NCBI RefSeq assembly: GCF_009557235.1 | Contig: NZ_CP045650.1 | Span: forward strand, 2,040,001 to 2,072,000 | DNA length: 32,000 nt | From: Acinetobacter wanghuae | GTDB lineage: Bacteria; Pseudomonadota; Gammaproteobacteria; Pseudomonadales; Moraxellaceae | Direction: 5' to 3' | In this document: positions 9,672-17,131 of the stretch, piece after piece | Layout of the letters: every line of letters begins with the position of its first letter | Numbering within the stretch: position 1 is the stretch's first letter | Position numbers and translations under genes: made by a program | Notes under the pieces: model-generated | Seen by the model: the letters and a program-made list of their open reading frames with translations, nothing else | What the model was told of the DNA's origin: nothing | Database searches by the model: none

Positions 9672-10049
9672 CTCACTACTTTATTGTTCATTTATTCATT
9701 TTTGAAGCGACATTTACAGGTCATACAGATAACGTTTAAATAAAGTATAACGCCAAATCGCGCTATAAATGCACTGAAATCTTGAACGGCAAGTCTAGCT
9801 AGATAAGGTAAATACCAAGCTTTCATTTTTTAGCTGTTATAAACAATCATGCCAAATAATAATGATCAAATAGTGTACTTATCTCATTTTATTACTTTTT
9901 GAGTTACATAGAATGCACAAAATTTATGTGATAAATGTGCTGAAATTATCTTTAAGTCTTAAAAAACTACAATTCCTTCCTATAAAAAAGCACTCAATTC
10001 GCCTGAAATGTAATCTTGTTCTTGTCATACATTAAATACTGAAATTGCC

Positions 10050-10493
10050 ATGATCCGTGAAGGAAAAGTTCAAGATATTCCACAAATCATTAACGTCATT
10101 CAAGACAGTATCCGTTCTTGTGTTGATGACCATCATCGTCATGAAAGTGACATTCAAGCTTGGTTAGAACGCTATACAGATGCACAGCTCATGAGTGACA
10201 TGCTGTCGAATGATTGTTGGGTCTACCTTATTCATGATCAGGTGGTGGGAATTATCATGATCACAGATCAGGGACATATTAAAATGCATTTCGTCGCCAT
10301 GCCTTCGCAAAGAATGGGAATTGGCAGCGCCTTGTATGAGCATATGCTCAGTAAACTCAGCTTAAAAAACATCAGTAAAATCGATGTAGACAGTACTTTA
10401 TCGTCTATTCCCTATTATTTGAATTTGGGCTTTCAAACCCATCGACCTTCTGGACTCGATCTAAATCAGACGCTGTATAAATATTTGTTCTAA
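10050..10493 (+). CDS. GNAT family N-acetyltransferase
   Basis: Acetyl-CoA binding motif QRMGIGSALYEHM (Q/R-x-x-G-x-G/A). Size of about 147 aa and C-terminal YYLNLGF are typical of GNAT. Confidence 0.8.
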   Translation: MIREGKVQDIPQIINVIQDSIRSCVDDHHRHESDIQAWLERYTDAQLMSDMLSNDCWVYLIHDQVVGIIMITDQGHIKMHFVAMPSQRMGIGSALYEHMLSKLSLKNISKIDVDSTLSSIPYYLNLGFQTHRPSGLDLNQTLYKYLF

Positions 10494-10501
10494 CACTCTA
10501 T

Positions 10502-10860
10502 TTATATTTTTAATTGATCTCGTCCATTTTTGACTTCATAACGCTTGAAATCTGCAGCTTTCATCAGTCAATGAGCATTCGAAAATCCTGTGCATGAAGT
10601 GTACAGGTAGCACCGATGCTGACGGTTACATAATCTTTCTCATCAGGGCGATTTCTATGTTCAATCTTTGCTTTTCGGACATCTGCTCAGGCATGTTTTA
10701 CAGACAGCTTACTCGTTATCGAATCGCTAAAAGAAGCCTTTAGCATCACGATGTGAGTATTTAAACCAAGACTTGGTATCATAATAAATTGACGGGGATA
10801 AAATTGCCAATGGGCATCTAAACGTGTGGTCGTTAAATATGAAGTTAAAGCTTTGAGAAC
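10502..10860 (-). pseudogene. Decayed remnant of a GGDEF (diguanylate cyclase-like) domain
   Basis: Minus-strand hand translation gives VLKALTSYLTTTRLDAHWQFYPRQFIMIPS...HA(TGA)ADVRKAKIEHRNRPDEKDYVTVSIGATCTLHAQDFRMLID(TGA TGA). After a 1-nt frame change it continues LMKAADFKRYEVKNGRDQLKI-stop. Order and spacing match the C-terminal two-thirds of a GGDEF domain. There is no intact ORF. Confidence 0.45.
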
Positions 10861-10961
10861 CTACTCAGAATTAAGTAAAAATGTGTGATTTCTCTTTTTA
10901 TTGTTAGTCATTGCCACTCTGAATATGGCATGAGTATTTTGATGACATCATTTTAAACAAT

Positions 10962-10994
10962 AGGAATGAACAGCATCTGGCACTGTTCATTCCT
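10962..10994 (-). terminator. Terminator hairpin downstream of the FKBP gene
   Basis: Perfect 12-bp stem AGGAATGAACAG / CTGTTCATTCCT with a 9-nt loop, 23 nt past the stop at 11017. The minus-strand 3' flank TATTGTTTAAAA is only a moderate U-tract. Confidence 0.65.
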
Positions 10995-11016
10995 TAAATT
11001 TTAACAGCAGCGCATA

Positions 11017-11355
11017 TTAGTCACGGGTTTTCACATCAAACAATTCAATTTCAAAAATTAAGTTTGAGTTTGCAGGAATCACATTGCCCATCTTACGTGA
11101 ACCATACGCCAAATGTGAAGGAACGATCAATTTGCGTTTACCACCGACTTTCATCCCCATAATGCCCTGATCCCAACCTTTAATTACACGACCTGTACCA
11201 ATGACAGTTTCAAAGTAATTACCACGATCGACAGATGAATCGAACTTCGTGCCATCTTCTAACCAACCCGTGTAATGTGTGGTAATTAATGCACCTTTTA
11301 CTGCTTCTTTACCTTCACCTACGGTTAAATCAATAATTTCTAATTCAGCGCTCAT
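11017..11355 (-). CDS. FKBP-type peptidyl-prolyl cis-trans isomerase
   Basis: Classic FKBP core (HYTGWLEDGTKFDSS..., VIKGWDQG..., VPSHLAYG..., LIFEIELFDV). I place the start at ATG 11355 (MSAELEIIDL...), which has AAGGA 8 nt upstream, rather than at the longer ORF start 11382. Confidence 0.9.
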   Translation of the reverse strand: MSAELEIIDLTVGEGKEAVKGALITTHYTGWLEDGTKFDSSVDRGNYFETVIGTGRVIKGWDQGIMGMKVGGKRKLIVPSHLAYGSRKMGNVIPANSNLIFEIELFDVKTRD

Positions 11356-11385
11356 CGTCATTTCCTTCAGCCAATCAATCAAAAT

Positions 11386-11415
11386 ATTATAAGCAGCAAT
11401 CCATCACACTGTCTG
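11386..11415 (-). promoter_or_regulatory. Possible sigma70 promoter for the FKBP gene, embedded in the yaeQ terminator hairpin
   Basis: On the minus strand there is a perfect TATAAT (plus coordinates 11391..11386) and, 18 nt upstream, CAGACA (11415..11410; 4 of 6 to TTGACA). It lies about 30 nt upstream of ATG 11355. Hand-spotted only. Confidence 0.3.
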
Positions 11416-11429
11416 ATGGATTGCTGCTT
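11391..11429 (-). terminator. Strong hairpin downstream of yaeQ (likely terminator or attenuator)
   Basis: Perfect 16-bp stem AAGCAGCAATCCATCA / TGATGGATTGCTGCTT with a 7-nt loop, 51 nt after the yaeQ stop. The minus-strand 3' flank is ATAATATTTTG. Confidence 0.6.
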
Positions 11430-11479
11430 CAATCTGCATATTCTTTAAGGATTTTAAAATCCTGATATGCCATGTGCCA

Positions 11480-12010
11480 TTATTGCAATTGTTCCCATTC
11501 AATCACAGCTTGCGCTTGATCACCGATCAATGTCCACTCGCCATCCATGATGTTGAGCTGCAACTGCATGGTACGTTCACAGAGTTTTTGAATCGCTTCA
11601 GTGCTCGCAGTCGATAATTTCCACACTTCAACATTCGACAAGGTTTTAAGTTTGGTATTGCGTTTGTACCACTCATCTACAGAAGATCCATATGTCACCA
11701 CTGCCACCTGTTTACAACGCGCACTGGCTTTTTTCACTTTATCTTCGTCTGGGCTACCGACTTCAATCCATTTCATGAGCTGCCCCGTGAGGTCTTTTTG
11801 CCACAATGCAGGCTCATCGGTTTCAAATAAATCTTTGGTGAATTCTAAAGCTTCATCAGCAAAGCGTGCATAGGCTAAAATTCGAACCATTAAACGCTCG
11901 ATTGTTTCAGACGGATGCTGTGCCATCGTCAATTGGAAATCTTCATAACGATGATTATCCATATCTGCAATATTTAAATCCGCCTTATAAATCGTTGCTT
12001 TAAGCGCCAT
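11480..12010 (-). CDS. yaeQ: YaeQ family protein
   Basis: From ATG 12010 the protein starts MALKATIYKADLNIADMDNH...QHPSETIERLMVRILAYA. This is almost residue-for-residue the E. coli YaeQ N-terminus as I recall it. The 40-codon upstream extension of the ORF track (to 12130) is unlikely to be real. Confidence 0.9.
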   Translation of the reverse strand: MALKATIYKADLNIADMDNHRYEDFQLTMAQHPSETIERLMVRILAYARFADEALEFTKDLFETDEPALWQKDLTGQLMKWIEVGSPDEDKVKKASARCKQVAVVTYGSSVDEWYKRNTKLKTLSNVEVWKLSTASTEAIQKLCERTMQLQLNIMDGEWTLIGDQAQAVIEWEQLQ

Positions 12011-12071
12011 ACTCAATTCCTCAAATTTGCCGCATAGCATATAAGATTTAAGCGTATTTTGCAGAACTGAT

Positions 12072-13079
12072 TTAAGGCAATGCGTCGATCCGACATTTGA
12101 GTAAACTGCTTTCAAAGTCTGACCAATCATGTGAATGCTGATAAATCACTTCAATACGGTTATCAATCGCCTCTTCGCAAGATTGATAGTTAAATTGTTC
12201 AGGATTGAAATTAAAACTTTTCCAGCCTTCATCTGTATGAAATATCGCTTTAATTCTGAGCCAGTCTTGTTGTTCACACAGTAAATCAAGGACGTCCATA
12301 CATTGAAATTTCCAGCGTTTTGGTAATTTCCAACCTGCGACTGTATAACCCTGTGCTTGTTCTACATAGTGATATGGTAATTGTTGAATAATGGTTTCTG
12401 CTTGTTCTGATGCCTGTTCGCGCTGTATTTTCAATAACGGTTGAATTCGACGCGGTGAACCTGCATATGCCTGTTGAATCGCTGCAATATCTAATTTGCC
12501 GTGTTCGGTTATGAGCCATTGTTGTTTATAGACAGCGTATTCAGCTTGTAACTGTACCAATGCGCTTTGATCTGCATCTGTCATTAAATCGGCATGTGAA
12601 ATGACGACAATATGTGCAGCTTTTAGTTGATCTGCATATAAGTTTTGCTTTGTCCACGCTGAGTCATGTAATCGTGAGCCATCTATAACCGTGACCAAGG
12701 CTTGCATATTTAAATGGTTGAGCCAATGAGGTTCTGTCAGCTGTTCTAACAATTGACTTGGATGCCCCAACCCAGTGGGTTCAATAAACAATCGATGTGG
12801 TTTTGACTCAGACAGTAAGCGAGACAATGCAATTTGCATGGGCAATTGGCTACTGCAACACAAACATCCGCCTAACAGCTCCTTTACGGCATAACCTTGA
12901 TCTTGAGGCAAGAGCTGTTGGTCGACACCAATTTGACCAAATTCATTCATGAGCACAGCCCAAGTTTCATGTTCAGGTTTTTGAGTCAGTAAATGTTTTA
13001 ATAAGGTGGTTTTACCTGCACCTAAAAAGCCAGAAATAATGTGCACGGGCACAGCAGCAGCGCTCGAAAGTACGTTCAA
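12072..13079 (-). CDS. COG0523 (CobW/YjiA/ZigA-like) G3E-family metallochaperone GTPase
   Basis: Walker A GFLGAGKTTLL, CxCC metal motif GGCLCCS, and a CobW_C-like C-terminal half. The start is uncertain: TTG at 13079, or a GTG 9-11 codons in. Confidence 0.85.
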   Translation of the reverse strand: MNVLSSAAAVPVHIISGFLGAGKTTLLKHLLTQKPEHETWAVLMNEFGQIGVDQQLLPQDQGYAVKELLGGCLCCSSQLPMQIALSRLLSESKPHRLFIEPTGLGHPSQLLEQLTEPHWLNHLNMQALVTVIDGSRLHDSAWTKQNLYADQLKAAHIVVISHADLMTDADQSALVQLQAEYAVYKQQWLITEHGKLDIAAIQQAYAGSPRRIQPLLKIQREQASEQAETIIQQLPYHYVEQAQGYTVAGWKLPKRWKFQCMDVLDLLCEQQDWLRIKAIFHTDEGWKSFNFNPEQFNYQSCEEAIDNRIEVIYQHSHDWSDFESSLLKCRIDALP

Positions 13080-13448
13080 AATAAACCTAACCCATCATAA
13101 AAAACAAAGCACTTTGAGTATAGCAAGAATGTATTTCACTGACTGAAGTCAGGTTTCAAAACTGAGATTTATTATTATGAAAGCTAAATTTTGATGATTT
13201 TTACAAGATTTGTTCAACTCATCCGACATGGTTTTGAAATATTTACACACATTTACAGTGATTATTCACGTGCATAACTTACAAGAAAAAAACAAGTTTC
13301 CAAGTTTTGTATATCGAAGGTTATCAGTTCGTTATCGCTTTTATGAAATGGTTTGATCATCCAATTATATCGACCTAGGATGAACGCCTGCCAAATGAAT
13401 GTGATGGTTCACTTGGTAAAACTTATGACAATACAAAGGATGCCTGAT

Positions 13449-13658
13449 ATGAAAATCTCTCAAATGCTTATTGCAACGACATTAACTATTGCTGCTGCGA
13501 GCAGTTTTGCTGCTACATCTACATCAACCACCGTTTCTGACCAAGAAGACAACGTGATTGTCAGCACTCAAGAATTACCTGAAGCTGCGACAGCACCGAC
13601 GACAGAACAACCTGCATCTGAAGCAAGTGCAGAGGAACAAACTGAGCAAGCTCAATAA
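13449..13658 (+). CDS. Small secreted acidic low-complexity protein (69 aa)
   Basis: ATG 13449 has AAGGA upstream. Sec signal MKISQMLIATTLTIAAASSFA, then an S/T/E/Q/A/P-rich acidic tail. A terminator lies downstream. The longer TTG-initiated ORF from 13353 is rejected. Confidence 0.6.
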   Translation: MKISQMLIATTLTIAAASSFAATSTSTTVSDQEDNVIVSTQELPEAATAPTTEQPASEASAEEQTEQAQ

Positions 13659-13752
13659 GCCCTTCTTCATGTTCCCCTCAACATGATGTTTAAGACGTCT
13701 TTATCAACAAATCTCCAGTAGGTTGAACCTATTGTTGAATAGATGTCGCTCG

Positions 13753-13786
13753 ATGCTGAATCAACACTGTTGGTTCAGCATTTTTA
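13753..13786 (+). terminator. Rho-independent terminator after the small secreted protein gene
   Basis: About 13-bp stem ATGCTGAATCAAC / GTTGGTTCAGCAT (one G-U pair) with loop ACT, followed by TTTTT. Confidence 0.75.
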
Positions 13787-13943
13787 TATGCTTTTACTCA
13801 CTCCACGATCTACTGATTCAAACGAAATATCACAAATTATAAAAATCTGGAGCACGTGAATGATCGCCTCATTAGAGAGATTATTCGGCAGCGTTAGACC
13901 ATGGGAATGTAAATAACTTTGAACATTTCTTTCATGTGATTTT

Positions 13944-15137
13944 TTAATTTTGATCTAAAATTAAAGGCTTCACCACAACAAAATGACGATATACCCATAA
14001 CGTCACAAGCGCCAACACTGCACAAATTTGATAGGTAATTGCAAAGCCCCACCACGCAATCAATATACCCATACAGACCGAACCAAGCGCAAGCCCAATA
14101 TCGAATAGTGTAAAGAAGGTAGAAATGGCATGGCCCATACGGGCTTTTTCGACAGATTGAATCGCAAGGGTTTGTAAACATGGAAATACTGAGCCATAGC
14201 CAATACCAATAAATACTGCAGACAACCACAGTACCCACTGATTTGAAATCAGACTAATGATCAGTAAACCAATCGCAAAGAAGATAAAACACGGATAAAG
14301 GACCGTACTCGCACCTTTGCGATCATAAAGCTTGCCCACCCATGGACGTACCACCAACATGGACACCGCAAACACAATAAAAAACATACTCGTGTAGGCT
14401 AATAGATCTTTACTTTCCGCAAAGGCGGTAATAAAGCTCATCACGCTCGAATAGGCACATGCTGTTAATAAAGCGACTATGCTCACGGCAAGGACTTTAA
14501 CTTCTAAAATGTCATGAATTGTGAATTTTGCTGCTGTATTCGATAAAGAAACGCGTTGCTCTGCGATGTTCAGCAACCAACTAAACAGTAAACCGATTGA
14601 AATAATCGCTGCTAAGACAGCAAATAAAACTGTAAAACTAGCGTATTGAATCACAGTGAGTGCAAGCAGTGGTCCAAACACTAAACCTAAATTGGTTGAC
14701 ATCACAAAGTAGCCAATGCCCTCACCTTTACGATCTTCAGGAATATAATCTGTAGCAACAGGTACAGCGACTGTGGTTAATATACTGAACCAAATCCCAT
14801 GCATAAAGCGGATAACCAATAATGACCACATACTATCAATCAGCAAATAAGCAAAGGCAAACAGGGCAAATAGTGTCCCTGCACCGCGCATCGCATATTT
14901 TTTACCAATTTTTTGAATAATGAGTCCGGAAAATGGACGTACCGTAATAGAGGACAGTAAAAATAGCGTCAATGCTAAACCTGCTTCTTGCACCGTTCCG
15001 CCCAATTCTTTCAAAATATAAATGGGCAAAACAGTCAATAACGCATAGTAATAACTAAATAAAAAGAAATTATTGAGCAAGCATAAAGTGAAAGAACGAT
15101 TCCACAAACGTTGTACAGATTCCGTTAGCGTACTCAA
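13944..15137 (-). CDS. MFS transporter (probable efflux pump, TetR-linked)
   Basis: 12-TM profile. The only available start is TTG at 15137, 3 nt after the TetR stop, so the two genes are probably translationally coupled. Substrate unknown. Confidence 0.85.
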   Translation of the reverse strand: MSTLTESVQRLWNRSFTLCLLNNFFLFSYYYALLTVLPIYILKELGGTVQEAGLALTLFLLSSITVRPFSGLIIQKIGKKYAMRGAGTLFALFAFAYLLIDSMWSLLVIRFMHGIWFSILTTVAVPVATDYIPEDRKGEGIGYFVMSTNLGLVFGPLLALTVIQYASFTVLFAVLAAIISIGLLFSWLLNIAEQRVSLSNTAAKFTIHDILEVKVLAVSIVALLTACAYSSVMSFITAFAESKDLLAYTSMFFIVFAVSMLVVRPWVGKLYDRKGASTVLYPCFIFFAIGLLIISLISNQWVLWLSAVFIGIGYGSVFPCLQTLAIQSVEKARMGHAISTFFTLFDIGLALGSVCMGILIAWWGFAITYQICAVLALVTLWVYRHFVVVKPLILDQN

Positions 15138-15140
15138 TGT

Positions 15141-15719
15141 TTAAGACTCCACAGCGGATGTAGGCATGAGCAACACAGGTGCTAAAGCGAGATCTACAAG
15201 TGCGCCGATATAAACTTCATCAGGCATGGTATTAAAGAAAATCGTCTGATAATGAATTGGGGCATAAATTGAATCGAGCAATAAATCAAAACGATAATCC
15301 GCGCGAATTTCACCACGTTGAATCGCTAAAGTAATGAGTGCATAGGTTTCTTCACGACGGGGCAGCAAATAATGTTTAAAAAATTCTCCTGCCAATTCAC
15401 GATGATTTGCCATGACCACCAATAACGCCCGACCGATCGGATGATTCAGTGCAACAGATAGCTTAAAAAGTTGTTGTTTGAGATTGCATGCCAAGCTTTG
15501 CTGCAGATCCATCTCAAATACAGATGCGGTATGTCGCCTGAAAGTATCCAACACCAAATCTGACTTGTGTTTCCACCAACGATAAATTGTGGATTTGCCA
15601 ACACCAGCACGTGCTGCAATATCTTCAATGGTCAATTGGTCATAGTCATATTCAGACAACGCTTCGGCAACAGCATTTAAAATACAATCTTGACGGCGTG
15701 AGGTTTTTTCTTCAGTCAT
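15141..15719 (-). CDS. TetR/AcrR family transcriptional regulator
   Basis: N-terminal HTH LTIEDIAARAGVGKSTIYRWWKHKSDLV is a textbook TetR_N motif. Size is about 190 aa. Confidence 0.9.
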   Translation of the reverse strand: MTEEKTSRRQDCILNAVAEALSEYDYDQLTIEDIAARAGVGKSTIYRWWKHKSDLVLDTFRRHTASVFEMDLQQSLACNLKQQLFKLSVALNHPIGRALLVVMANHRELAGEFFKHYLLPRREETYALITLAIQRGEIRADYRFDLLLDSIYAPIHYQTIFFNTMPDEVYIGALVDLALAPVLLMPTSAVES

Positions 15720-15733
15720 TGGAATTTAAAACA

Positions 15734-15751
15734 AAACGATACGTATCGTTT
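15734..15751. promoter_or_regulatory. Perfect 18-bp palindrome, probable TetR operator
   Basis: AAACGATACGTATCGTTT is its own reverse complement. It lies 15 nt upstream of the tetR ATG (15719) and immediately downstream, in the minus sense, of a TATTAT -10-like hexamer (15758..15753). Confidence 0.6.
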
Positions 15752-15806
15752 CATAATAAGATAAATATGACGCTTTTCATATATCTTTCATAAACTCATT
15801 AGAAAT

Positions 15807-15837
15807 AAAAAAAGATCCTACTGGAGGATCTTTTTTT
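15807..15837. terminator. Bidirectional rho-independent terminator (ends the thioesterase gene)
   Basis: A7-AGATCCT-ACTGG-AGGATCT-T7. Lies 11 nt after the stop at 15848 on the minus strand. Confidence 0.85.
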
Positions 15838-15847
15838 ATTTAGCGTA

Positions 15848-16369
15848 TTAAACGCTTTGCGTCTTTTTATAAATACTACAAGATGGATGATGATTTTCTT
15901 GTAAACGAGCAATTTTACGTTGTTCCGCTGCTTCAAAACGGCAACGTTTCCAATCATTGTCCAAGTTCAACGGTGGAATTTGCTTTGGTTTACCATTTTC
16001 ATCGACAGCAACCATGGTGAAATAGCAGCTATTGGTATGACGTACCGTACGTTTTTGAATATTCTGTGCTTCAACACGGATGCCAATCTCCATTGACGTA
16101 CGACCGACATGATTCACACAAGACAAGAAAGTCACCAATTCGCCCACATGAATCGGTTCTTTAAAATTCACTTTATCGACAGAAAGTGTGACCACATAGC
16201 TACCTGAATAGCGGCTTGCACATGCATAAGCGACTTGATCTAATAATTTCAGAATGGTACCACCATGTACATTACCTGAAAAATTCGCCATGTCTGGGGT
16301 CATCAAAACGCTCATGGTGAGTTGAGACTGTTCATCTGTAGCTGGTGCAATTTGATCTAAAGGAGCCAT
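15848..16369 (-). CDS. Acyl-CoA thioesterase, hotdog fold (YciA-like)
   Basis: MTPDMANFSGNVHGGTILKLLDQVAYACA and the VGRTSMEIGIRVE pattern are typical of YciA/4HBT-type thioesterases. Confidence 0.85.
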   Translation of the reverse strand: MAPLDQIAPATDEQSQLTMSVLMTPDMANFSGNVHGGTILKLLDQVAYACASRYSGSYVVTLSVDKVNFKEPIHVGELVTFLSCVNHVGRTSMEIGIRVEAQNIQKRTVRHTNSCYFTMVAVDENGKPKQIPPLNLDNDWKRCRFEAAEQRKIARLQENHHPSCSIYKKTQSV

Positions 16370-16649
16370 CGCTTTCTTTGAACTCTTTGAATGCCAATGA
16401 TATGTGCCATTATTATATCGTTTTTAGACAAGATGAAATGTTCAATTCGGCAATTCATTCATCATAATTTTTTATGACAAAATCATTTTCATACACGAAA
16501 AGACATATACCCTGCTAAAAACAAGCTGCATCAAACTGTATGTCATGACTCAAATAACCGTGATTACTTAAATCTAAACCCATATGTAATATGGCAAAAT
16601 CCAAATCAATAACATGGTTTTATTTCAGTGATCACACATGATTTTCATG

Positions 16650-16820
16650 TTAAATGATTTTAAACATTTCTTGTGCAACATGTTGATACACCAATTTTTG
16701 CGTGGTATCCAGTTCAGTTTCGACTGTAAATGAGCCATCGGCATGGCGTTGGGTCACCGTAAAAATATATTGCTCAAATTGAGCCAGTTGCACTTGGCAG
16801 CCAATTTCAATGTTATTCAT
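16650..16820 (-). CDS. Hypothetical small protein (56 aa)
   Basis: ORF from ATG 16820 (MNNIEIGCQVQLAQFEQ...) with a weak GAGA upstream. No motif recognised, and coding status is uncertain. Confidence 0.4.
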   Translation of the reverse strand: MNNIEIGCQVQLAQFEQYIFTVTQRHADGSFTVETELDTTQKLVYQHVAQEMFKII

Positions 16821-17131
16821 AATTTCTCTATGATTATGTCTGAATGATCTCAAACATTTTGGCATGCTTTCTGTAGTTTTCTAACATTTGATAAACTTAA
16901 GTCTATGAATAAAATAGTCTTATATAAATAAATAAGAATAAATTCCACTACGTTAAAATTATCAATAAAGATTTCAATGATTTAATATTTTTCATTTTTT
17001 TATAAACCTAAAAACACGATGTATCTATAGATTTTGCCAATCAATTTATTGCTAAAAACGCTTAATTCAACATTTTCTATGCTGATGGATTCAAATCCGA
17101 GAATATTATCTAGGTGTTTGGTTGCGATCTC

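Noticed and set aside
9913-10035. 40-codon Lys/Leu-rich ORF (MHKIYVINVLKLSLSLKKLQF...) in the GNAT upstream region, and a 10-codon ORF at about 21567 in the long gap
   Set aside because: There is no convincing ribosome-binding site, and the composition simply reflects AT-rich DNA. I have no way to support coding status from sequence alone.
11472-11484. The 13-mer ATGTGCCATTATT also occurs at 16402-16414, both times just upstream of minus-strand genes
   Set aside because: A handful of 13-nt matches are expected by chance in 32 kb when both strands are counted. There is no extended similarity around the match.
12011-12130. N-terminal extensions offered by the ORF track for yaeQ (to 12130), the FKBP gene (to 11382), the small secreted protein (from 13353) and the small ORF (to 16865)
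   Set aside because: Homology-consistent or signal-peptide-consistent internal ATGs with better Shine-Dalgarno spacing exist (12010, 11355, 13449, 16820). The yaeQ extension would also overlap the upstream gene.
13080-13448. I searched for a Zur box and a shared divergent promoter architecture upstream of the COG0523 gene
   Set aside because: There is no TGTTATA/TATAACA-type palindrome. The only structures are a short hairpin (CTGAC-TGAA-GTCAG) and a 9-nt inverted repeat 70 nt apart, both compatible with chance.
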